From Octopus sinensis (Eukaryota): a DNA stretch of 64,000 bases. Shown here piece after piece: positions 53,433 to 64,000 of the stretch (position 1 is its first letter; each line of letters begins with the position of its first letter). The stretch is from NCBI RefSeq assembly GCF_006345805.1, contig NC_043003.1, positions 42,780,001 through 42,844,000 of the forward strand, given 5' to 3'. The notes below the pieces were generated by a model. It was not told the DNA's origin, searched no databases, and saw only the letters and a list, made by a program, of their open reading frames with translations. A program made the position numbers and the translations under genes.

Positions 53433-54067
53433 AAAATATATCTATTTGTATAAAAATGCAAGAACATTCATGAATGCAAGCATTTATGAGCGTTAGTTAA
53501 TTTACTTGTGTTCATTTTTCAGAAGCTTGGGACTCATTCAGGGAATACGTAATTTATTTTAATTGTACGCGTTGACATGTTACTCAGTTCAATAAGTGTG
53601 CATCACATATTTTAAATATATATTCCTTATGTGTGTGTGTATGCTGAACGTACATATCTCTAAATACATAATAATTAACAATATATGTGTTTGTGTGTGT
53701 GTGTGTGTATGTCTATAGTGTATGTGCGTATGTGAAAGTATGTAAGTATAAAAGCGCTCTAGTTTAACGACCATTGAGTTCTTTCCGAAGGCCTAGCTTG
53801 AGGATGAATTCGACAAATAAAGTTTACATATGTTGCTCCAATTATATGATTTAAACTCTATATCAGAATATATTTTCTGCAGGTCTATGTAGTATTATCT
53901 ACCTGTAAGGGGTTTGCTTGAATTGATAAATATCACATAATATACACTATAATTGTATAGTTCTATTGCATATAATTGGCGTGATATATTTAAAATTTTT
54001 GAAAATTTATTATTCGAATACATCCTTTTGCAAAGCCTACGGAGAGAACTCTAGCATCTTTAAAGTG

Positions 54068-54206
<139 letters not shown>

Positions 54207-57059
54207 GCCATCCGACGTTTTGGCGGCGAGGTTGGCCCTCGACCAACACTTCAACGCCAAACACGAAGGATGTGCTGTCAGAGCTAGGATGCGTGCTCTA
54301 AGGAACGAAGGTGTTGGAGCCGCGAGAGAGGCCCGGGTGGCAGAGGCGCAACAGGCAACAAAGCCACCATTCGGTCTGGTAGATGAAACAGGGGGCGCGA
54401 ATTGCTCGAGCCAAATAAAATGTGTGAGGCCTTTCAGCAACATTTTGCCCGACTGTTCGGAACGAGTGGAGGGCAAGAACGTAGGGTGGACTTCAGTGCC
54501 TACCTACATAGCTACCACGACTCTCGACAAGAAAGGCAGGGTGCTGCGAAGGTGCCATCACGGCGGCGGGAAGTGCGGGAAGCGATGGCAGAATGCTCGA
54601 GGGACAAATCACCGGGTTTGGATGGTCTACCTACGAGCTTTACAATTGTATGCCAGACTTGTTTGGAGATCTCTTGGCGGCGGTTGTACTGCAACTGGCA
54701 GCAAAACGGGAGCATTCCTGGTTTTGTGAGCCGAGGAGCCGTAACATGCTGAAGAAAGATCTAAACAAGGGAAATGTAATAGATAACTTTAGGCCCATCA
54801 CTCTGCTTAATGCAGACTTGAAAATTTTGGCCAAGGTGTAGCCAAGAGGTTGGCGCTTGTCATCGAGAAAAAATGGTCGACAAGGCGCAAACATGCGCCG
54901 TGCCAGGCCGGACCATCCATGACAACCTCCATCTGATGCGCTACATCATAGACAGGGTAGTTAACGAACCTGGCATGGGTGGGGCCATGATCAACTTGGA
55001 TCAATCGAAAGCCTTTGATAGGGTAGACCATCGATACTTGGAGGCAGTCCTGAGAGCGGCTGGTTTCGGTCCCGTCTTCCGCGGCTGGCTAGCTCCTTGT
55101 ACAGAGGCATCCGTTCGATAATTCGCGTAAATGGACATCTATCGAGACCTTTCGACATGCACGTTCGGTCCGTCAGGGATGCCCCCTCTCGGCGCTTCTA
55201 TACGTATTGACTCTTGAGCCACTACTGCGGAAGCTGGCGACTCTAAGGGGCATCCCGCGAGAATTGGGATGCGGGACGAGCGTGTCTGCATACGCGGACG
55301 ACGTCACCGTCATAGTGTCAAGCCACGAGCACATCGAGCTGGTCGGTGAGACACTGAAAAACTACGCGAAGCGGGGGACAGGAGCGAAAATCAACCGGGA
55401 AAAGTCAGTGGGCTTGCGACTAGGCACCTGGAGAGAAGCAAGCCCATGCCGTCCACCAGCGCTCCGTCGTGGGACGCTGGACCGACGGCCCGGTTGAGTT
55501 GCTCGGGGTCTGGTTTGGTCCGGACTCCAAGTGGAGAAGAACTGGAACGAAGATAACGAGTAGGGTGGTCACTCTCGCCCGGCAATGGGCCGAGAAGGAA
55601 ACTGTCCCTAAAAGGTCGAGCGGAGGTGGCGAAACACGTACATCGCGTCCGTCCTTACTACCGCCTGACCGTCGTACCTTGTCCCGACCCTACCATCACA
55701 AACTACAACGCATCCTCTTTCGCTTCTTGTGGAAAGGATGCGTCCCGATGGTCAGGCGATCCATTTGCTGTCAACACCCGTTAAAAGGAGGGCTGGGCAT
55801 GCCGTGGTTGATATGAGCAGACACGCGCTGAGACTGCGAATCTCTGGCTCTATGTAGACGACGGTGAACAGGTGTGGTCGCCGTTTGTGAGGCACGCTTT
55901 CCCGCAGCTCGTCTCCATGACCGAACTGCAGTCGTGGATCAAAAAGAGGCCGAGGAAGGGCGAATGGCACCGCGAGTGTCGCGTTGTCTCAAGCAACTCT
56001 GCCGTCCTGGGTCGACCTTAAGTGACTTCAACACAACCAAAGCATTCTATAGGGGTTTAGTGGAGGGGAGGTACGACGACGAGCTCGGGGCGAACCTGGA
56101 CGTCGACGAGGAGTACCTGACCCGCCTGTTCGGGACGACTTTCGGGCCAGGGGCCATGGACAACTTCCAGAGATCCCTGGCTGGCAGTGCTACCGAGAAG
56201 CGCTAACCGTTCGGGATAAGCTCTACAGACACGGCTCGAGAAACACGGGGCCGACCTGCCCGAGATGCGGTCAGAGCGACGAAACCGTTCTGCACGCACT
56301 CGTTCAGTGTCCAACAATTTCCGACCTGTGGGCTTATGTCGAACAACTGCTGTCACGTGTGGGGACGAGTCGGTTTATCAGCTGAGTCTATCGTCAATAT
56401 TGTCACGCCTCCTTCCTTCAAACGGGAAAGAGAGCTATTTTCATCATCCTTGTGGCTTAGGCGAAAGAATGTATTGGTGGACGCGTCTGAAAGGATTGGA
56501 GAACACTTTCCTCTCTGGTCAATCTCTCATCAACTTCTTCAAGTACCACTTGAAAAGGAAAGTGAGAGTAGAGAGGCAAGTTTTGCTAGCGAATGTTTAA
56601 AAAAAGATGGGTGAAGTAGCAAGAATGGCACGTATGAATGACGAAGCCACCTGAGATAGTCCTATGAACCCAGAAATCGAAAACAGAGAGGTGCTTATTT
56701 GCAAAAAAAAAAAAAAAAAAAAAAAGAAATATAAATGTGACTTCATTGACCGAGGGTACCGTGGTCTTTTCCGTAGGCTTCTTTCCACGGTTAAACCTCA
56801 CCTGTCCTCCCCTTACACTTCATATTGACATTTCTGTGATAACGATCCCTATGATCAATTTTTTTTCCTCTCCCCTTTTTTTTTTTTTTTTTTTTTTTTA
56901 ACCCCCCCCCATTTTTTTGTCCTCTTTCTCTCTTTTACGATCCCATTTGATCGAAACTCCCTTTCTTTTTTTTTTTTTTTTTTTTAAACCTTCAAAAGAA
57001 AAGCTCTACCTTGTAATTTGTTCTATCTGTGTGCAGCCCTGTGTGGCTAATAAAGAAAC
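54207..57059 (+). mobile_element. Tx1-type (L1 superfamily) LINE, 5'-truncated, inserted in (TATC)n
   Basis: KSPGLDGLP, NFRPITLLNADLKILAK, LDQSKAFDRVDH, RQGCPLS, YADD, C-terminal CPRCGQSDETVLHALVQC. 3' UTR ends with AATAAA at 57049 directly before (TATC)n. Confidence 0.9.
54220..56660 (+). pseudogene. Tx1 ORF2 RT plus zinc-knuckle, multiply frameshifted; endonuclease absent
   Basis: Motifs spread over ORFs 54220, 54402, 54593, 54873, 55207, 55469, 55874 and adjacent frames. Confidence 0.85.
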
Positions 57060-57075
57060 ATATCTATTATTCTAA

Positions 57076-57106
<31 letters not shown>

Positions 57107-57107
57107 C

Positions 57108-57149
<42 letters not shown>

Positions 57150-57165
57150 GTCTGTCTGTCTGTCT
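57060..57165. repeat. (TATC)/(TGTC)n microsatellite, right flank of Tx1
   Basis: Direct reading. Confidence 0.9.
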
Positions 57166-58282
57166 ATATATATATATACATTTATGTCTATCAATATATC
57201 AATGTATATACACATATACATGTGTGCGTGTTTGTATGGACATATATATATATAGACACACACACACACATATATGTGTGTGTGTATATATGTATATATA
57301 CATGTACATATATCTGTGTATATATATATATATGTATGTGTGTGTGCGCGTGCGTGTGTGTGTGTGTGTGTGTGTGTATAAACATATATATACAGAGAGA
57401 GAAAAGTGAGAGAACGAAAATGAATGACAAAATAAATATTTATGTGTGCCTGCATGTCTGCATGAATAAAGACTTGCAGCGGTGGGGTCGGATCATGTAT
57501 ACTTACTAAAAGCTTTGTGAAAAACCGGCCACAATCCTTGAATGCAAGATTCCTGTCTGTACACCACTGATGCATTCCAGTAGAAAAGCCTCGTCAGTAA
57601 GTCGAGGCGTCAGTATCGTTGGAGGTATTGTCTTCTGTGTGCAGAGAGTCGGAACATATACTGAAAAACCGTACGTCCGATACTCTAAGATTTCCTCTCA
57701 TGCACCCATTTGATTTATTATGTTTCAACATCGACTGCAAAAGCTAGGTATGCTTCTTCATATTTTCGAGGTTTTTACAAGAAATACTATTTAATTATTT
57801 ACTATTAATTAATTTATTTATTGGCTATTCGCCAACAAAATCTAATACCTCTTGATATCTGAAAACTGTTGGCCGACCAACACCTGTTATTTATGAAGGG
57901 ACTGCCCGCTCTGTCTTTCATATCCAACACCATCAATCTGCAGTATAATGTCGGTGGTGATGTAGGTAGTAGTGTTAATTTTGACTTTGCTGGTGCTGGT
58001 AGCAAGGAGATTTTTCCAAGACTTGGAAAATCATTAGAGCTTCAGATAAATTGCCACTGAACCTATTTCTTTCCTTTCCTTACGTTCTGATTTTGAACCA
58101 TGCTGAGGTTAATTTTCATCCATCCGGGACCGTTACAATAAAGTATTAGATAAGTACTGTGTTCAATATAACCGACACATACACCTTCTCTAATATTTGT
58201 GGCATTGAATCTGTATTAGAAATAATAGTGGCTTCCTCATACTTAACTCGTGTATTACTTTTCAACCTTACACACACACACA

Positions 58283-58338
<56 letters not shown>

Positions 58339-58477
58339 CAGGAAGTAAACAGACACCTTTAATTTTCAAAATTTCTTATCCAAGCGTCTTAATATTTTTC
58401 AGCGGTGTAGAATTTACAATGTAATTATTCTTTTTCGTTCCAGGTGCCATTATATTAAACATTTCCGAAGAGTAACC

Positions 58478-58860
58478 ATGCCACGCACAAAAAATTCAGC
58501 ACAACTGTCAGATTTTCAAAGTGGTCGTAGTGTTGGGCAATCTGAGGCTGGTCTTAGTCAGCGAGAAATTGCCGATAGATCTTCAAATTTCTTTTACTAC
58601 TGTTAATAGAATTATAGTGCAATTCAAAGGCGTAGTAAAAGAATCAATAGATTCTCTTCCCAGCCGACCTGGGCCCCCAGAAAGGAAGCTTCGCTGTTTG
58701 AAGAGAATTGTAGAAAACGAACCACGTTCGAAGGCTTCTGTTATTACAAAACAGCTAGAAGTTAGTCCAAGAACGTGTTACGTATCTGAATAAGCTTGGG
58801 TATTGTGGACGAGCAGCTAGAAGAAAATCTTTTCTTCAACCAATTAATATCATATAAAAG
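58478..58860 (+). pseudogene. Tc1 transposase N-terminal remnant
   Basis: MPRTKNSAQLSDFQSGRSVGQSEAGLSQREIA...RPGPPERKLRCLKRIV...YLNKLGYCGRAARRKSFL; frameshifted and ends in (TA)n. Confidence 0.75.
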
Positions 58861-59025
58861 ATTTTGAAAATTAAAGGTGTCTATTTTCTTCCTGCATGTC
58901 TGTGTATATACATACATACATACATACATGCACACACACACACACATATATATATGTATATATATATATATATATACATATTTATATATATATATATTAT
59001 ATATATATATATATTATATATATAT

Positions 59026-59095
<70 letters not shown>

Positions 59096-59960
59096 AATTT
59101 TAATCCAAACGGGAAACAAAAAAAAACAACAACAATGGAACAATTACAGTATTATTATTAATAGGCGCTCAGGAAAAGGAAGAGGGAGGTATGACGTTTC
59201 GAGCGGAGCTCTTCGTCGGAAACATAAAGAAGGAAGAGAGAGGAAAGAAAGATCCCAGAGCGGGCAACAGGGAAAGAGAAAAAAGACGACTGGTGTTACG
59301 AGTTGCACATGGTGAAAGGCGGATGTTTACGAAAACAGAGCAAAGTGGGTTTTTAAAGGCAAAAGAGTGGAGACAAGGTTGGTAACGCAACAGATGTGTG
59401 TGTATGTGTGAGTGTGTGCGTGTGCGTGTGTGTATATGTGTGTGTGAGGCGAGATGAAAAAACAAAAAAATATATATGTGTGTGTTAGTGTGTGCGTCTG
59501 TGTGTAGGCGTGTGAGGTAGGGCGAGATAGTGGTCAGCTTAGCAGACAAAGGTCAGTAGTAAGAAAAAGAAGGAAGGAGGAAGGGAGGGAGGGGAAGGGG
59601 TGGGGGCGTATGTAGCGTGCCAGCGTGTGTTGAGTAGTAGTGTGTGTGTGTGTCCAGTGTCGTGGTGGTAAAATGGCGAGTAGATTGAATGTGTGTAAGA
59701 GTAATGTATATATTTAAGCAATGTGTGTATATGTGTGCGCGTGTGTGTAACGAAAAAGGGGGGGGTTAAGGAAAAAGGACTCCAGCTGAGGGGAAGATGG
59801 AAGAGTGGTCCCGCGGAGGCGGGCGTGGGAAAACCCAACGACACGCGACGGTCCCAGGAACGGGCAGGAGGTCCTGTCGGTTCCAAGAGCGAGGACGTGG
59901 AACAAGTATAGTATTATTGGACGCTCAGGAAAGAAGGAAAGAAGGAGGGTTTTACGTTTC
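59096..59960 (-). mobile_element. Non-coding HHR-bearing element, copy 2: full unit plus partial second unit
   Basis: Matches 29657-30451. At 59898 the unit restarts (tggaacaa.ta.agtattatt...cgctcaggaaa...acgtttc), period 762 bp. Confidence 0.75.
59189..59223 (-). ncRNA. Type I hammerhead motif (U4C), identical to 29749-29783
   Basis: Same minus-strand layout. A partial second motif GAAACGTA|AAAC lies at 59949-59960. Confidence 0.55.
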
Positions 59961-60213
59961 TGTGCGTGTTTGTGTGTGTGTGCTTACATATGTTAATATT
60001 TGTTTCCATATGATGAAAATAATAAGACATTTTAAGATGAACTGATGGATTATTTATTGCCTTTTAGTAGAGGGCATATCTGTTAACTCTTATAAAGAAA
60101 ATGATTTCAGTGAATTCGAAATTTCGGCCCACAGCCGTCCTCCAGATTTCTGAAGACATTTGCTAAGCTGAAACTTCTAAGTCACTGCCAAAAATTTCCT
60201 CTTATTCATGAAT

Positions 60214-60245
<32 letters not shown>

Positions 60246-61168
60246 ACACACATACACACATACACAGACACACACACATACACACATACACACACACATA
60301 CACATACACACACACACACGCACGCACACAAACACATATACGTAGCTGGCGATGATGAAGTTGGTGATGTCACAGTAACGCCTCTGTACTTTAGCGCCTC
60401 TTCTCACCATTTTTTGCTTGCTTACACCCTACACCGACAAATGGTTTGGATAAATCGATATGTCTGCTTTTGTATGTTTAGCTGAACACTGTGTAATAAT
60501 AATGGCAATCAACTAGAGACTCAACAAAACCAAAAATTCAGCTATTTCTTATTACATAAACACAGGAGTTAGAATGTGCGCCAAAGCTACCCCAAAGGAA
60601 CTAAAATGAATGTAACTTGTAATATTATAATGTAGGATGAAAAAAGTGGAGAGGGGGACATATTTAACGACTTACGAATATATAAAATTTTTTATGGAAC
60701 TCAAGAAGTGTGCCAAGAACAATCTCACTCACCCTCACTAAAATGAAATAAAATAACTATATATGAATATATACGAAAATGTACATAAATCAAATACAAG
60801 CAATTTTAAGATAAACAATGGCCATAATATGAGAAATGGTAAACATATATCAATAGTTCGGGGTAAATGAGGCAGACAATGGACAACATAGACACAGAAA
60901 GGGAAAGAAATACAAACCATGTATAGTGATTATACTAAACTAACTGCCAAAAACTCAGTAATTAGTATAGACAAACTAAGCTACCCTAGAAGTCAACTAC
61001 AGTTTCAATATAATTAATTAAAAATTAAGTGAACTGAAAACCATAAGGAAATAGGGAAAAACAATATGCCATCAGTAACTTGATGTGGGTAGGCTGAATA
61101 TTCTTGCTACGTACAGAAGGTTGGAAACTCAACCAAACAGAAAATTACGACGACAAATGTAAATAACA

Positions 61169-61272
<104 letters not shown>

Positions 61273-62073
61273 AGGTATGTGTGTGTGTGTGTGTGTATTT
61301 CATTAAAGAAAATTCCTCAAAACATATCTGGATATATTTTGAGTATTATTTTAGGAACATGTCAAAGAATAAAATCATATTTACTTAAATTAAAGCACCA
61401 AGACAATCGAGTCAAGAGATAGACCTTTTTATACGAGTTACTATCAGCTACATTTACTTGAGATGGTCGCAGTATCATTCATACACACGTGACTGGAGAT
61501 TTTGGCTTGAAGAATTCATGGATGCTGTCCAATTTTCTCCAGGCGTTTCGACTCAAGACCATAAATTCTTCTAGTTGGTGTGTCGGCAGCTATGGCTAGT
61601 TACAGCCCTCGTATAATCTGAGCTTAAATTAGAACAGGGCTGGATTTTCTTTTTACACTTAGTAGTGTCGATAAATAATAAATCAATTACATACCTGTAT
61701 CGATTAAATCAACTCGTCTCATGTACTCATATATCGATATTATATACTCATCATCAAAATCCTCAATAAGAGTCTTAAGAATTTATAAGCAAGTTTTGAT
61801 ATTCAAATCACTCCTGATTAAGAACAAAGGTAATGCCATATTCTAAATCGAGGATTACCATACCTAATCCTGCCATTCTTTATTTAAGACGGTAGTTTGT
61901 GATTGAAAGAAGTTCGGCTGCTATTTCTAGCATGCTAGTTAATCTTGCCGAAACTTCCCCAAAGCTTCCGTATATCTCACAAGCGCACGGATCTACATCT
62001 GGAAAGTTCGTTCCAAGACACAGAATTATTTTTCTAAGGACGGCCAAAAATTGCCTTTGTATATAAGTCTGTT

Positions 62074-63461
62074 CTCTCAATGACACCGATGGGATCTGTT
62101 CAGTTTGGCTCACAGATTTTTTAATTAACTCTTTTTAACTAAACAGATTGAGAACTTCGTATACTAGTGTAATTTCTCACGCAGAATACGGTTTACTGTG
62201 AACATTTTTGACAAAATTTCGTATTTTAGAAGTTATTTCGAGTTAAAGTTGTCGTATTTAGATAATTTTAACCAATCAACGACGTCTACTCAGTTGAAGA
62301 AAGCTACTGCAGTTTGCAATGGTAATCGAAGAGGAACAATTTCCGGGTTATCCCTACTAAATGTCACCACTCTGTTCTATTTTATTTGTTTACTCTCTGT
62401 GTTGCATATTACACGCTTTTTTTGTTCTCGCGTCGGAGTAACCTGTAAACATCAGCACCAAGAAGGAAGAAACATTATTTACATATATTTATTCGTTGCC
62501 CGACATCGGCATTTAAGTCACAGGGCCGAATTTCGGGGGAAAGTTTGGTTTTATCGTCACATAAAGCGCACCGGTGTTTAAAAGACCTATAGAGCTACGG
62601 GTCCGCAGCTAGCTTTTTGCTGTTGACGTGTATGTAGTTCCAAAATGTCTTATTTTACAACTATGTGATGTATTGTTATTGTTATGATTTTATCTTACTA
62701 TAATCAACAACAAACACATTTCGTCAAAGTTTATTAGATTAGAATAACATTATCAAAACATGATGGTAAAAAAACCCAAAGAACAAATATACTTTATTTT
62801 CTTCCAGGCACCAATGTACTGTAGCCATACTTTTTCACGTTGTTCACCAACCGACCTTTACTTTGAAAAAATTAGTGGAATCAGTCGATCTCCATACACA
62901 CATTATTTTCCGCCTGAAACTTTAAAAAAAAAGTACACATAATTGGTGCACCTTTCTATAATCCGCACAACACTAAATTTTCCAAGTAAAAAATAGCGGC
63001 TTATACACCGGAAAAAACTGTAATTGTAGTCGCAGTGACAAGTTCGCTCGCTGGTTAGTAGTTGATAGTGGAGCAGTGGCTGTCTGCTAGTAGAAAGGAA
63101 AAAAATAAGGAATGCACGGTACTGATTAGAAAGGAAGAAAGGATAACATACAAATAGAATAGAGTTGGGACATTTAGTAGAGATAACCCCGAAGTTTTCC
63201 CTCTTCGATTACTATAGCAAACAGCAGTAGCTTTCTTCAACTGAATACAGTCGTTGATTGGGTAAACAACCCAAAATACGACAATTTAACACGAAATAAC
63301 TTCTAAAATACGAAATTTTGTCAAAAATGTTCAAAATGAACCGTGTTCTGAGTGAGAAATTACACTACTATACGAAGTTACAAACTGTTTAGATAAAAAA
63401 AAATACTTAATTAAAAAACTGTGAGCCAAACTGAACAGATCCCACCGATGTTGTTCAAGGG
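62074..63461. mobile_element. Fold-back DNA element with ~320-bp imperfect inverted arms
   Basis: 62074-62392 mirrors 63143-63461 (gatctgttcagtttggctcacag; KKATAVC..NRRG..SGLSLLNV in ORFs on both strands). Confidence 0.8.
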
Positions 63462-63954
63462 TAAGATTTGGGCCGATATATCTTGAAAAAACTGGTGTTG
63501 AAAACGTTACCGTCAAAATGTAAAGCAACACTGCATATACTGCAAGATATCCAGTCCGACATTCTAAGAGACCCGCTAGTCTGATACCCATAACTGGTAC
63601 TTGATTCATCGACTTCTAAAGGATGGACTCAAATATGGCCTTGGCGTGATTTGATCTGAACGTAAAGAGATCCAGAATAAATGACGCAAAGTATTCTAAC
63701 TGATGCACTAATGACACTACTAATTTGTTGTCTTACTTTCAGGAACAGAAGCAAGAGCAGCAGCAGCAGCAACAACAACAATAACAGTAGCAGCGGTAGT
63801 AGTTATAGTAGTAGAAAGAGTAGGAGAAGTGACGGACTCTCATCGAAGACGACGCATGAGCGTTCAGTTTCCTGCCGAAGGACCTACGCAAAAGATTTGT
63901 TTATAGTGATCAAATGTATGTGCTGTGCATTAGCTCACTCTTTCCAGCAAATCG

Positions 63955-64000
63955 ACGTTGCCTGAAGAGGCTCACGGTGTATCATATGTCAGGTGTCGAA
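63955..64000 (+). ncRNA. Possible hammerhead cut by the window edge
   Basis: CTGAAGA-GGC(23 nt)GTC-GAA at the last base; stems I and III cannot be seen. Confidence 0.25.

Noticed and set aside
57814-58060. Overlapping ~63-aa ORFs with protein-like composition
   Set aside because: No recognisable family or splice signals; needs RNA-seq or BLAST.
60140-60185. CTGAAGA...GAAAC hammerhead look-alike
   Set aside because: Stems do not pair.
61540-61576. Minus-strand CTAGAAGA...GAAACGCC degenerate hammerhead
   Set aside because: The core has an insertion, U16.1 is missing and stem II is unconvincing.

Overview
AT-rich, microsatellite-saturated eukaryotic DNA. The SINE and repeat families look like those of an octopus (cephalopod) genome; this is recognition from memory, not a database result. 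No host protein-coding gene can be supported, and almost all listed ORFs are microsatellite translations. The window is a layered transposon graveyard: a 5'-truncated CR1 LINE inserted into the endonuclease codons of an older HERO-type retroelement, a Tx1/L1 LINE embedded in (TATC)n, a Neptune-type Penelope-like element (PLE) remnant with an inverted pseudo-LTR, two Tc1/mariner transposase remnants, several fold-back MITEs, non-autonomous Helitron-like elements and about 20 tRNA-derived SINE copies. The most striking unexplained layer is a set of minimal type I hammerhead-ribozyme (HHR) motifs in several non-coding families. These include a ~760-nt retrozyme-like unit present twice (29.7 and 59.1 kb) and a tRNA/Pol III-headed element carrying a downstream HHR that is inserted twice as a fold-back (40.4 and 45.1 kb). 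A PLE that could supply the enzymes sits next to them. HHRs in PLE pLTRs and retrozymes are known in general; whether these particular families are described could not be checked.
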